Positions 13,496-26,408 are shown, counted from the stretch's first letter. The stretch is DNA of 64,000 nucleotides from Eledone cirrhosa (GCA_964016885.1 OZ024741.1:319424001-319488000); one strand, 5' to 3'. Notes: generated by a model from the letters alone, not told the origin. Program-made: numbers and translations.

Positions 13496-13578
13496 ATTGA
13501 CTTATGTTTCGTCACTATATATATATATATATAGTGACGAAACATAAGTCAATTGCATGAACTCATAATCCTTTATTT

Positions 13579-13634
13579 ACTGCTATATATATTTCGATGA
13601 TAGCCATTGAATGGCTATGACCTCATCAGGCAGT
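13579..13634 (-). ncRNA. Canonical minimal type I hammerhead ribozyme
   Basis: Minus strand ACTGC-CTGATGA-GGTCATAGCCAT(TCA)ATGGCTATCATC-GAAA-TATATA-TA-GCAGT. Confidence 0.85.
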
Positions 13635-13693
13635 TAGTCAGTTCTTAGATATGCCAGCTCTGTGTGTATAGTGTTGATGGTATCAGAGCCTTG

Positions 13694-13779
<86 letters not shown>

Positions 13780-13780
13780 G

Positions 13781-13813
<33 letters not shown>

Positions 13814-14044
13814 GTATATACTAGCTGATGTACCCAGCTTCGCCCGAGTAAATTGATGATAATAGAAGACAGGGAGAAAAGAAAACGACTGTATTAGATG
13901 CGTTTCCTTATTTACCGTATGAGGCGAGACATATTACGCACCAACAAACATGGACGTTCGTAGATGGGCGGCCAAAGGTATTCAGGCATGCATATATAAT
14001 CTCCTACTGTGTAAATATCACTTAAAATGTATATATATATATAA

Positions 14045-16090
14045 CGTAAGAACAATAAACTACAGAATGACATCACGGCACTGCTCAATAATCTAAAAAA
14101 CGCCAATGGAGTTATTGTTAGAGCAGACAAAACATCAAACGTATATACCATGGATGTGGACACTTACAATAACTTCATCCGTAAGGAATTGCATAAAAAA
14201 TACAGGAAAACTAATGAAGCCACACTTAAAAACATCAACAACTCGGCATGTGATATTGTTAAAAAACTTTGTATTGACGATAGAACGCAACCCTTAACAC
14301 CAGCTATACCATCCTTCAACCTGAAGGACCACAAGGTAAACTTCGATACTAACCCTAATATTAGACTTATATGCCCCTCTAAATCTGATATAGGTAAAAT
14401 TAGCAAATATATACTAGACAGAATTATCCCCCAAGTTAAGGTTAAAGTAGAAATTAAACTATGGGGTAACACTCATGAAGCAATAAGATGGTTTAACAAC
14501 ATTACTGATAAGAAAAAATCAAAATTTATTCAGTTTGATATTGATGAATATTATTCCTCAATTTCACCTGATACTTTACATGAAGCTCTTTCGTTCGCTA
14601 AGGATAATTCCGACCTTACGGATGCTGAAATTAAAATTATTATGGAAGCGAGAAAAACTATAGTTAAATTCGATGATAGCTACTGGGTTCGCAAAGATAG
14701 ACCTTCTAATTTTGATATCACTATGGGTTCTAATGATTCGGCGGAAGTAACAGATCTTGTGGGAATTTATATCACCCACAGATTACAAGGAAAATTCAAG
14801 GATCTCCACGGTGGAATTTACCGTGACGATGCGCTCCTATTAGTTAAGAATATGAATAACCAGAATTTAGAAAGGATGCGTAAAAATATCAGAAAACTTT
14901 TTAAAGAACTAGGATTAAGTATTACATTTGAATATAACCTCAAAGAGGTCAATTTCCTCGATGTTACTTTCAATCTCAATACAGATACGATTAAACCGTT
15001 CCATAAACTAAATGAGAACCTTAAATATGTAAATACGAGTTCTAACCATCCACTCTCTATAATTAAATCCATCCCTAGAAATGTTTCTCTTAGAATCTCC
15101 CGCCTATCGTCCAACCAACAAACCTTCAAAGAACATGCCGAGTATTATGATGATGCACTTAGGAAAGCCGGTCACCTAGATAATATAGAGTATATAGTCA
15201 ATGATCACCAAAACACCCAAAATAAATCACATAGGAGTAGAAATAGCACAGAATCACCACCATACATACACTACCGCAATAGACACAATAATAGTCGCAC
15301 ACCACCAAACAGAAGGCGATGTAAGGAGTATATCTGGTACAACCCGGTCTATAACAAATCTATTAAAACCAATCTACCCACAAAATTCTTTCGATTAGTT
15401 AGAAAACACTTTCCAACATCACATAAATATAATAAAATCTTAAACCCTAACACCATCCGACTTTCATATTCAACCGCCCCTAATATTGAACAACATATAA
15501 AAATGCTTAACGCAAAACGGTTGTATAAACGCCTTCCAACACATAACAATACACGTAAAACATTAGCTATAACATCACAAAACAACAAACAACATCCTGT
15601 CCTGCATAAGCAACCTCATCAACCCATCCATGGCAATACAACAACGCAAAATTGTAATTGCAACTGTGTCCAACCAGGAATGTGTCCGTTGAACAATCAG
15701 TGTCTTGAACGCAACATCGTATACAAATGTACTATCGAATCGGATAGACAGAAGTGGTACTATGTGGGATCTACAGCCACCTCCTTTAAATCACGCCTTT
15801 ATAGACATCGTTATTCGATAAAACATGAAAACCAGCGTTATGTAACAACACTCGCAGACAAGGCTTGGCAGCTGCGTGAAAATAACCAACAATTTCACCT
15901 AAAATGGGATATAATAGCGGCTGCCCCCCCATATTCCAATGGACAGGAATTTTGTAAATTATGTAATGTAGAATTATTTTGTATTATGAAATCCAAAAAC
16001 ATTTTATTAAATAACAGAATAGAGCGATCGTTATACTGTAACCATCGCTTAAAATCTACATTTTCATATTATAAATACTACCAGGATTGA
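14045..16090 (+). CDS. Penelope-like element RT + GIY-YIG endonuclease ORF, 5'-truncated, probable Naiad clade
   Basis: Open frame from 14045 (RKNN..VRADKTSNVY); QFDIDEYYSSI, FDITMGSNDSAEVTDLVG, GIYRDD, VNFLDVTFNL RT motifs; CxCx5Cx5C linker; IVYKC..YVGSTATSFKSR GIY-YIG; CKLC...CNHR. Confidence 0.92.
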   Translation, partial: RKNNKLQNDITALLNNLKNANGVIVRADKTSNVYTMDVDTYNNFIRKELHKKYRKTNEATLKNINNSACDIVKKLCIDDRTQPLTPAIPSFNLKDHKVNFDTNPNIRLICPSKSDIGKISKYILDRIIPQVKVKVEIKLWGNTHEAIRWFNNITDKKKSKFIQFDIDEYYSSISPDTLHEALSFAKDNSDLTDAEIKIIMEARKTIVKFDDSYWVRKDRPSNFDITMGSNDSAEVTDLVGIYITHRLQGKFKDLHGGIYRDDALLLVKNMNNQNLERMRKNIRKLFKELGLSITFEYNLKEVNFLDVTFNLNTDTIKPFHKLNENLKYVNTSSNHPLSIIKSIPRNVSLRISRLSSNQQTFKEHAEYYDDALRKAGHLDNIEYIVNDHQNTQNKSHRSRNSTESPPYIHYRNRHNNSRTPPNRRRCKEYIWYNPVYNKSIKTNLPTKFFRLVRKHFPTSHKYNKILNPNTIRLSYSTAPNIEQHIKMLNAKRLYKRLPTHNNTRKTLAITSQNNKQHPVLHKQPHQPIHGNTTTQNCNCNCVQPGMCPLNNQCLERNIVYKCTIESDRQKWYYVGSTATSFKSRLYRHRYSIKHENQRYVTTLADKAWQLRENNQQFHLKWDIIAAAPPYSNGQEFCKLCNVELFCIMKSKNILLNNRIERSLYCNHRLKSTFSYYKYYQD

Positions 16091-16832
16091 ACGCCTGTCT
16101 CTATCCCCGTTTGATTGTCAAAATAGATATGAACATTCTTTATTAGTCTTAATTCTATCAACTCTTCTATTATTTACCTTTTAATACAAACTGCTATAGA
16201 TAAAATGAGATTTCTGATTTTTTGATTCAATTCCCTAGTGGAAATACCAGCTGACTACTAGCATTGATGTTATTTAGTAGCAATCGAAATCTCCCCCTTC
16301 CCCAATTGACACTTTATGATTAATACTACTGCACCAAATGACCAGCCCTGTCCACTGTCCAGTTGGTCAAGTAGAGATTAAAATCGGCACTCCCAAAATT
16401 CTTATTTAGATTTACTCATGGTATTCTCATTAAAAACCCATTATATACTTGTTTAGCAGTAAATTATTTTACCATCTGTCATATTCTATCCCCTCTGTTC
16501 CTTCCTCTTTTACTAATATAAATACTTCAATTTTTCTGATTTTATCCAGTTTATCCAAAATCTCTGAAGAAGTGACAACTGTTTATACATTTGCTATCGA
16601 ATACTTGCTAACATTATATGATTACGCAAGCAGCGATACATAGGTATTCGGTCTGTTACAGAAACATATGTCAATACCTAATAAATTCCTTTTTTAACAA
16701 AAGCACTTTCATTTTATATTCATCCTTTCTACATTTCTCCGGAATATAATTTATACTCGTTGAGCAAACCTGCACGTACGTTGTTCATCTCTAACGTAAC
16801 GATATATTATCACTACATTATTGATAACCTGA

Positions 16833-16835
<3 letters not shown>
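14045..16835 (+). mobile_element. Penelope-like retroelement copy 1 (ORF plus 3'UTR), TA-repeat flanks
   Basis: ORF above; hammerhead-like CTGAAGA-AGTGACA..TGTTACA-GAAA-CATATG-TC at 16564-16672 (stem I poor); ends at (TA)n. Confidence 0.85.
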
Positions 16836-16888
<53 letters not shown>

Positions 16889-16953
16889 TTTAAGTGATAT
16901 TTACACAGTAAAAACTTGCCATATATATACGCATATATATTTACACACACATG

Positions 16954-17003
<50 letters not shown>

Positions 17004-17039
17004 CATGTGTGTGTAAATATATATGCGTATATATATGGC

Positions 17040-18080
17040 AAGTTTTTGCTTTGTTGTAGAATAACTGCATTGGGAAAGTGTCGAAATTTCTCAAAGTTTC
17101 TTCTCGACAATTCTCTATATGTAGGCTAAGAGCAATATTTTTGGTGGTACGGTGAACGGTCAGTGTGTCAAGCCTGGCAACTTTTATACGTTATAATATA
17201 TATATTAAATTCTCTGCGTTGCATGAGATGTAATTTTTTATTTTGAAAATAGGTTCCCCTTTGAAATGAAATTCGTGACCATCTAATACTCCGCAGTTAG
17301 GTCGGTTGCATCAGGCCCTTTAATTATGGTTTGCAGATTTGTATTCATCGGTATCTTTTTTAGTGGCTTTGGCTGTCTTGTACTTTTATAATTGGATGTT
17401 TTTGTAACAGGTTTTTCATTGTTTCATCTTTTAATAGAATAGATAGGTTTAGTTGAATGTGTGAGCAGATTTCTCTGTTCTTTGAATTAAAAGTTGAAAT
17501 ATTTGGTATAACTTTTTTTTGTTTTTGTTTCTCAAAGTATTTGGATATTAATTTCTCTTGGTGTTTGAATATTTTTGTTGATTCAATCAAATATTTTCTC
17601 TTGGTGTGTATTTTTTCATCTCTTAAAGTGTGCGGTTTTTTTATTGCTGAGTTTGAGACTGTTGTGTAGATTGGCTTAGCTAAGTTAACTGGAATATTTG
17701 TCCGGGAATGTATTGGATGAGAAGATGTAAAAAGTTTGTGTTTTCTTTTGTTATTAGTATTTCTAAAAAGGAAGGTTTTCGTTGCTGGAGTCTATATTAA
17801 ATTGGATGTTGGGGTTCATGTTATTGATGAGGGTTTAAATGATTTCCGTTCGTTAGGATTTTACCCCAAGAAAATATATCAGTCATTCAATATCTTTTCT
17901 AATTTTCTTTTCTATAACAGCTGAATCCATTCCCATAAATTTCTAAAGTTTGTTCATAGAATTTTAATTCATGGTATCCCATGACTAAGTTGGCGTTTCT
18001 TAGTGCAACTTTGTTTACATGGCTCTTCCTAATTGTTTTTTAAGATACATTGAAGATAATGAAATTTCTATCAATACGGT
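17040..18080 (-). pseudogene. Decayed Neptune-like Penelope element (RT + GIY-YIG remnants)
   Basis: Manual minus-strand translation gives NANLVMGY, NNMNPNIQFNIDSSNENLPF, SSHPIHSRTNIPVNLAK, STFNSKNREI..LLKDETM, CNRPNCG..SCNAENLIYI; stops and frameshifts. Confidence 0.7.
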
Positions 18081-18689
18081 CTGGTAGCTCACAAAGAATT
18101 AAGTTCAGACAATATTTAGTAGCCTCAGTTTGTGCACATATGAAAAAGATGTTTCAACTTGAAACAACACTTCTATAGCCATGAACATCCTTTCAATAGG
18201 TGGACAAACAAAACAATACAAACTTAGCCGGCCTTATATGGAAATTGAGAAATCTTAATGTGAGTTACTCAATTGAAGCGAAAACTGAGAGCGATGTAGA
18301 CCTTATTCCAATGGGTTTAAGAAAAGCCAACTCTGCACAACAGAGAGATGGAACATCCCACCTACTCCAGAATTGAACCAAGTCTGCAGAGAAGCCTTAT
18401 ATCAATCGAATACCCAGCCACAACTCTCCCCTATACCATCTTTTACCACCCTATTACTATTAACTGTCAACTACTACGCACAAAGAATTGTTTACACATA
18501 CACAAAACATAGCTTTTACGTACACACTGTCTATCTATGCGTTTTAAGTCCGAGGATTTCTTTTTGTGGATATGTGCATGTGTGCGTGTGTCCGCACGTG
18601 GGTGTGCGTATATATCCCCCCCCCCCAAACGAGAGATAATTCGGTTCGAAAGCCAATGCACTTAGTCCTTTTCCATGAAAAGTCCCATA

Positions 18690-18877
18690 TCAGAACGGAT
18701 GCAGTAAAAACCAGTTAGACTATTACTCACCAGAGTACTCGATACTTGGGGTAATAGAGTGGGTAATATGAAAAATTCTTGTCCCCCACCGCCGAGCTCC
18801 TGCCTTTTCAAAAAGTTAGATCTGATCTAGTTCAGATCTAGTTGTTGAAACGGCAGGAGCTCAGCCGTCGGAGTCCC

Positions 18878-18880
<3 letters not shown>
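18690..18880 (-). mobile_element. Fold-back PLE mini-element, relative of 1973-2167
   Basis: Shared CAGAA.GGA.GC.GTAAAAACCAG..GAGTA.TCGATACTTGG tail and hammerhead 3' half. Confidence 0.6.
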
Positions 18881-18941
<61 letters not shown>

Positions 18942-21033
18942 TTATTTATTAACATACAACCACTAAGACGGTGAAAAAAGTACATGGACGGTGCCAACAT
19001 TGAGAGAAAGCGAACGAACGAAAACAAACGACATAAACAAGGATCCCCCTTCCATCAAAAGCTGACTAGCGGATATCCTTTTAATTTCCAGGCCTTTAGA
19101 CAGATCATTCCATCTGCTGATGTAAGATGTGTTCAAAACTAGTTTAAGATACTGCTTGGGAAATATATGAATGAAGATTTGTATAAGATAAAAAAAAACA
19201 CCACAGTGAAACAGAAAAACACAGACTTCGAAAACATTGCACTAAAAAGAAATATATGCAATTGATAAACATATATGTATATATGAGTTGTTTGACTAAA
19301 CAGATAACGTAAATGACGAATGTGTGTGTGTTTCATTTTGTGTCTTGTATTCTATGTTTTGTTTCTATTTATGCGTGTCTGTCTATTGTCGAATGGCTTT
19401 AATAAGTTTCTATGCATTCGCGATTGCCTACTTTGTTTTGTATGTACCAAAATTTTGTGTTTGTATGTGTACGTTTCTGTGTTTTTGTGCATGCGTACGC
19501 TTCTTTCTATTCTATATTAATGGCTGTAAATGGTTTTCTGTAATGATGTATATATAAGAAAAAACTTCCTTTCGCTTTGAGGGTTCCCCTTCAATAAATA
19601 TACTGGAACATATTTTAGACAGGGATTATATTTAAAAGTGCTTTAGTCGAAACAATTTTCTAGTGCAACGGAGTTTTCTCGTTAAATTCAAGGAATACAC
19701 AAACAGAAATACAGACATCCACATTTTGTAGTATATAAATGTATGTTAGTCCGTATTAACGTGATATACATGTTAGTTCGTTATAAAGTGTTATGCAAGT
19801 TAATCGGCACACACCTCATATGCAAGTTGTTTTCGATATAACATAATCTAAACGTTGGTCCGTTGTTGTTGCTGCTATTGTTGTTTATTTCCATGTCATC
19901 CTTCTTGAGTTAGCAGATCTACAATTATAGATTTGATTATAATCAAAGGCGTTCGAACCATAACTATCTCGTCTCTTCTTCAGACATTAAGTATCCAAGG
20001 CTACGTTGATTCAATATACCAACCTCTTTTTTTAAGGCGGTAGGGGTGGCGAGATTTAAGGTAAAATTTGGTTGCTAATTCTAGGAGATAAATAGACCGC
20101 ATAGGAAGTCATTCGTAATTATGTGATATGCAATTTGGTCCGTACTAACGGAAATCATACGGTGATTTGTATGCGAGCAGACAGAAGCCATTACATCAGA
20201 GTAATCTCGAGCAGTCGATAGATTCAACTTAGCCACAACTAAAAATATGATATGGCCGGACATCAAAGAAAATGTTTACGCTATTACTCAAACTACTAGA
20301 ATTAGCTAAATCTCTATCATCGTTTTAAAATGAATGGATATAGAAAATAAATTAACTGTGAAAATAGTATATCAGAAAATTGAACGGTATAGCCATGACT
20401 GGAATGTTGATGGAACAGTCAAAAATTGACAGACACTAATAGTCAACAACCGCAACCATGTAATGTGCTATGGGGTAGAAATTAAGAAATAAAATTAAAT
20501 TAACAAGACAAAAAATCAACAATAAACAAACAAAAAACAAAGAAACCCAACAAGCAAACAAACAAAAGAAAACAACAAATAAACCTAACCAAAGTATAAC
20601 ACTCGAAATAACGAAATTCCAGAAAAGCAAACTTGAAAAATGTCCATAGGATTTATGGAAAATCTTCAAAATTCTTTCGCACCGAAGCAGCTCTTTCTCT
20701 TTATTTCTTATCAAGTAACAGGCAGGAGCTAACAAATACCCCACCCCCCCATCTTCTTCTTCTTCTTTTTCTTCTTCTTCTTGGTTTACTCCCCCCCCCC
20801 TTCCGCATCACACCCCTTCCCCCTACCTCTGCTTTGTTCTCTCTGTTTCTCTGCTGATGTTATTAATCGGTATAAACCAAAAATAGAAGCGAAAAGAAAA
20901 AAGAAATAAAAGACCATAAAGATTTTATTTAGGCACTGTCTGCGAATGTTCCTGCTATTCGTGGTGGCAAATCTATAGCACACACGTACGCATGCGTACA
21001 CACACAGAGACAAACAGACGCACACACATACAC

Positions 21034-21064
<31 letters not shown>

Positions 21065-21170
21065 TACATACACACACAAACAAACATTTATATCTATACA
21101 AATATAGCCTATCTTATATATATATATAAAGCGACTCTGCAAATTCACCGCCTATATATATATATATATA

Positions 21171-21393
21171 AAGACTGGTACTTTTTTTATCGACCTCGAA
21201 AGGATGAAAGGCAAAGTTGTCCTCGGCGGGATTTGTACTCCGAGAGCAGAGAACCGGAACGAATACCATAAAGCATTCTATCCGACGTTCTAGAACGTCG
21301 GATAGAATGCTTCTCTGCTCTCGGAGTACAAATCTCGCCGAGGTCAACTTTGCCTTTCATCCTTTCGAGGTCGATAAAAAAAGTAGCAGTCTT
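21171..21393. mobile_element. Head-to-head fold-back SINE palindrome
   Basis: Two inverted SINE cores joined at GACGTTCTAGAACGTC (centre 21291/21292). Confidence 0.8.
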
Positions 21394-21489
21394 TCTCACT
21401 TTCTATCTTTCTTTGCTGTATTCAGGCCAGGTTTAAGATACCCAAGAAACGCCGTATGTCAATATGACTCTATCAGGAGTTACCGGATC

Positions 21490-21795
21490 ATACCATACTC
21501 GTACTTACAGGTCAGGGAGAGTGACACCTGGATTCTATTGCAGACTGGTGTGAAGGACATAATGGAGACCACCAAGAAGGGCAAACATATATGGGCTAGC
21601 CACGTCTTATGTTTCAGGGACAAATGGATGTCTATTAGAGTGACAGAGTTGACACCAAAGTAGGGGTGAAGAACCAGAGGGTGGCTAAAGGCCAGATAGC
21701 ACGATGATCTGACCTAATACCTCGATCTCACATGGTCGAATATGGCCAGAGATAGGAAGCGTGGAGGGTCAACCAGGAAGGAGCTCTTCCAATAG
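21490..21795 (+). mobile_element. Decayed RTE-like LINE 3' fragment
   Basis: DTWILLQTGVKDIMETTKKGKHIWASHV..RDKW..RVTE matches an RTE C-terminal pattern. Confidence 0.55.
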
Positions 21796-22561
21796 AAATG
21801 AACGCACCCCGGATTTGAGATTTCGGATAAATATGAAAAATAAATCGAAACAAAACCATCTCGATTTCATTGTTCTGTAAAAGCTCAGTGGAAGTAAGTT
21901 TAAAAGAAAGAAACACGTCCCAGACCTCACTTATATAAGAATATTATAGAAAAACAATATAATTATATAATGGAAAACATATTACAAGTACAAAAGCAAT
22001 CTGAATAGGAAAAAAAATATATTACTCATATTGTTTATTATACCTAAACAAATCATATACATGAACTAACATGATATAATTAAACGAGGTAGAACTAATG
22101 AACGTCAATTCTTGTTAGTAGGAATTGTCTTTGAACTAGTACGACAAAATATAATTTGTTTATTAGGGGAGATTTGAATTGACTCATTCCTATAGTAGTA
22201 ATATCGGCAAATGATAGCACGCTGGAATAAAAGATAACGTGTGCTTTTTCGGCGTCATATTGACAGTAAGACGGTTGATGAAAGAGCTAGAAGTATCTCA
22301 TATATGGGATAACAATTTATCGCTATAGGTAATCCAGTTAAAGGTTGTGATTACTCTGTAAAACCTCCAGTATTCCGATGATTTGATCAGAGGTAAATAC
22401 TGTATTTAAGGTCGAGTGACGCAACTTCGAGTGATTAGCGGCCTTTAGACTCACCTGATCAATGAAACAATTGTTAATACTTGAAATAAAACCCTTTTTC
22501 TACAGTCTTCAATCGTTCACTATATATATATATATTTAGCAAATATATATATATATATATA

Positions 22562-23659
22562 TTTAGCAAAAACTCACAATATTACAATCAAGCATTAGCT
22601 AGCTCCGGCCATAATATAGAAATTGAGTTCCTACCTAAGAAAACACATAGCTACAACATCATCTCGCACAACATGTCCATGAGGAAATCTAATAATAGGA
22701 ATAGCAACCACAAGTGCACCAAAGCGGAGGGTGCCACCGGAAGTAACCATTACCATGGAAACTACTGTGAGGCCTTAGGAGGAAGCAACACACCAAACAC
22801 TAAAAGCAAAAATAGAAGAAGAAATAATACATTTTTCAACCCTCCTTTCAACCTAAATGTCTCCACCAACATACCTAGGGCTTTCTTCTCACTACTAGAT
22901 AAAAACTTCCCTCTAGGACACAAGTACCACAACCTCTTAAACAAAAACACCATTAAAATCTCTTACTCTACGACGCCTAACTTAGCATACCACATAGCTA
23001 GCAGCAATAATAGTAAAATTAGTTCTTACTTCCAACAAACAAAATCACAACGGGATGCAAACCCTCTAAATACCACTGTAGCAAGCAACAATAGCAACGG
23101 CAGTAACAATAGAAATAACACTAGTATAAGTAATAACACCAGGGTTGTCAACCCGAACACCCAAAATCCTATATCCACCACACAGACTTCCGCATTGCAT
23201 TATAACCAGCGGACTAACGCACAGAATAATTGTAACTGTAGAGCTAATAGAACCTGCCCTTTAGATAAAAAATGCCTAACCAAGGATGTCATATACTCAT
23301 GCACAGTCACGACTAATAACTCTTCAGAAACCTATGTAGGCTCCACTTCTAACTGCTTCAAAATCAGATATAACTCGCACATCCACTCGTTCAAAAAGCA
23401 CAGCCTAGCCAACTCCACCTCACTTTCTAGCTACATACACTATCTAAAATCTAAAAATAAACCATACACACTCAAATGGGAAGTGATAGGCAGCGCGACC
23501 TCGTACAAACCACCTAACAAATTCTGTAACCTCTGTATACTAGAGACACACAATATTATCTTCTCCAACCGTAACCTACTTAACAAAAAATCTGAGGTGT
23601 TTGCAACTTGCCAGCACCGCCTCAGACATTCCTTCCAAAACTTTAAGCCCTATATATAG
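22562..23659 (+). CDS. 5'-truncated PLE ORF (RT thumb, linker and GIY-YIG), probable Naiad clade
   Basis: Frame open from 22562 (FSKNSQYYNQALASSGH); FFNPPFNLNVSTN; NTIKISYSTTPN; CNCRANRTCPLDKKC; VIYSC..YVGSTSNCFKIRYNSH; CNLC..CQHR. Confidence 0.88.
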   Translation, partial: FSKNSQYYNQALASSGHNIEIEFLPKKTHSYNIISHNMSMRKSNNRNSNHKCTKAEGATGSNHYHGNYCEALGGSNTPNTKSKNRRRNNTFFNPPFNLNVSTNIPRAFFSLLDKNFPLGHKYHNLLNKNTIKISYSTTPNLAYHIASSNNSKISSYFQQTKSQRDANPLNTTVASNNSNGSNNRNNTSISNNTRVVNPNTQNPISTTQTSALHYNQRTNAQNNCNCRANRTCPLDKKCLTKDVIYSCTVTTNNSSETYVGSTSNCFKIRYNSHIHSFKKHSLANSTSLSSYIHYLKSKNKPYTLKWEVIGSATSYKPPNKFCNLCILETHNIIFSNRNLLNKKSEVFATCQHRLRHSFQNFKPYI

Positions 23660-25095
23660 CAATGTCGGACTGGAACCTAACACCACATCTAGCATCAAAC
23701 ACCAGAGACACACCCTATACTACATACCCAACACTAGCTGATCCATTATAACACAAACAACGACATCCCTCTGGAACCCTTCGCAGGGAAAATACCCATT
23801 TATACCTCTACGGCAGGTGTGACAACATCCACCCACTTGGACGGCACTACACCACTCTAAGGGTAATTTGAGCATGAATTGATCGGTTGGATGGTGTTGG
23901 GCAGAGGAAACACCTTCCTTAGACAGATGTAAAATGATTTAATCGAGTAGCGCTGTTGACCAGTAGGACCGGGCTGCGGAGCGCAGTGAGTGAATGCAAT
24001 GCAACTGCCGTGCGGGTTGTACGTATATGGATGATCTGACGGTCAGAGAGGGGTCGCGAGGACTGCGGATTGACCTTTGGCCTGCCTGGGGACGATTATC
24101 TTTCGACATCCAATGTAGCAAGTGATGACCCAGATCTTACCAGAGATCATTGGGTCCTGAAGCAATCCTGCAATCACCGCGCCTGGCCATATGAGCAGAC
24201 TACAACCACAGAGATCATTAATTTAGAATCCTCGCTCATCATCTATAATTTCCATTTGTAGCACCTTATGATGGGTTAATCCACCTTAATAATAATATGA
24301 TCACCTTCAGCATAATTTAGTTAAACTACTCTATAGTTAGTACACTTTATGCTTTAAAAGTCTCTCTTGGAAGGTGCACCTCACCATAGAATTTAGGGTC
24401 TATATTGGGACACATTTTAATGGCTAGATATGGAAACCCCAGAGTTACCTCCCCGCATGCATTAACTCCCCTTAGCCACACACACACTTCCGGTATTCAA
24501 TGGCGTTTCTCGAAACGTAACAACCTCCTGTATCGAACTAAAGAACACCAGACTACGATATCTAACTGGATTGTCGTGGATTATGTGAAAGGCATATAAT
24601 CGAAATATACACTCCCTTGACCATGAAAATGCCGAAGTACATGAATTACTTGACATCGCTGCGCTGTGCATCTCCAATACTTATAACACTTTTAATGCTT
24701 GCACTATCTTTAATGCTTATAATATTTCTCCACACACAGACTACATCAATCATATAAAGACTTTGCCACAGATCTACCAACCTAACACTCTTATTTACCT
24801 ACCTAAGTGCCTCTACCACACATATCTCTCTGCCACACTATATAAACAAGACGCACATGCGTGCCACACATATAACATTTGCACTATATAACCACTTATC
24901 TTCATGTTGTACTTTAACCTATATCTTTGATTTTTGATTGTACCTATTAATATAAATGTAATCTCGAAGTGTGTACTGCCACTCTAAATTCTGTAATGAA
25001 TGTTGACCCACAATGTTTGAATATGTATCAATGTTTGAATATGTATGTCTCTCGGCTGAAAAGGAGGTCATATAACTGTCCATGCATTAATAAAT

Positions 25096-25142
25096 TGCTC
25101 CGAAGAATCCAAACCTCGGTTTGGAGGAAACAGCTGTAAGCA
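25096..25142 (+). ncRNA. Type I hammerhead ribozyme (U4C core variant)
   Basis: TGCT-CCGAAGA-ATCCAAACC(TC)GGTTTGGAG-GAAA-CAGCTG-TA-AGCA. Confidence 0.75.
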
Positions 25143-25343
25143 CAATAATGTTTTGAACAGTTCTTTGATTCTTATATTTCATATAACTGCTCTGTAAATC
25201 ATCTGATGTTTTTACATTGAGCTACTTAACTTACTGGTAATAAGGTAGTAATACATTACTGCCTACCACTATTTAGGGTGTGTGTAAAATACTTACAACT
25301 GCTTAAGGTTTTGTGTTTACATAACCATAAATAGTATAACTAA

Positions 25344-25422
<79 letters not shown>

Positions 25423-25856
25423 GGTAGATAGAAATTGAGAAGTTTTATAGTTTTATGTTAAATCCTACATCGAAATAACCAAGTATTAGTTGAATGATCA
25501 CTGAATACGCTTAATATGCCAACTTGACCACGGATAGCAGTAATAGCTGCTAAGTTATAGGCTGTCCCCAACAGTGATTTGACCGAATACCAACTCAACA
25601 AGTAGAATGAGGTGATGAAACATTCCTTCGTCAGAGTGTGTGACAGCATAAAAGAATGAATCGGGATAAATATCCAATCACTCTTAGACGCGAGTCTACA
25701 TGTTAACATATATCTGAGGAGCTTCCGAGTCTAGAGTCAGGATCGATCGATCATTAATCGATTGTTCCTCGAGCTGATCGACAGTGAAACATATGTAATA
25801 TGCAATTAAATATGTATATGATGCAACACTGATTCTTTGTTCCCTTATATATTATT

Positions 25857-26056
25857 NNNNNNNNNNNNNNNNNNNNNNNNNNNNNNNNNNNNNNNNNNNN
25901 NNNNNNNNNNNNNNNNNNNNNNNNNNNNNNNNNNNNNNNNNNNNNNNNNNNNNNNNNNNNNNNNNNNNNNNNNNNNNNNNNNNNNNNNNNNNNNNNNNNN
26001 NNNNNNNNNNNNNNNNNNNNNNNNNNNNNNNNNNNNNNNNNNNNNNNNNNNNNNNN
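25857..26056. other. Assembly gap (200 N)
   Basis: Run of N. Confidence 1.
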
Positions 26057-26342
26057 GTACTCCCTCTCTCTTAAATCTCTCTATTTGTATGGTGAATTAT
26101 TATTATTCATCTGTTGCCTTCGGTTGCCTCTCTTTTTTCACCTCCTCCTTCTTTCTCTCTCCCCTATTTCTCTCCGTCTTTCTTTACATCCATTTCTTCT
26201 TTCTCTCCGTCTTTCTTTCTAACTGTGCTTAACACTATAACTAAATAATTATAAACACTTCACTACCAAGCCAGCCTCCTATCTTAATGGTCGCTTATAT
26301 TTATGGTACGTCAAAATTATTTATAAAACTGTTTATATATTG

Positions 26343-26408
26343 TATTTTATCTGACGAAGGCATGCCATATTTTTAATAAGGTATCCCTGAAATATGTATA
26401 ATGAAATA
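26343..26408 (+). ncRNA. Type I hammerhead ribozyme
   Basis: TATTTTAT-CTGACGA-AGGCATGCC..GGTATCCCT-GAAA-TATGTA-TA-ATGAAATA (8-bp stem I with one G-U). Confidence 0.8.

Larger units (their letters stand above)
22562..25349 (+). mobile_element. Penelope-like element copy 2 with ~1.7-kb 3'UTR, in (TA)n
   Basis: ORF above; 3' region homologous to 33207-35175; hammerhead at 25096; TA tracts at both ends. Confidence 0.85.
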
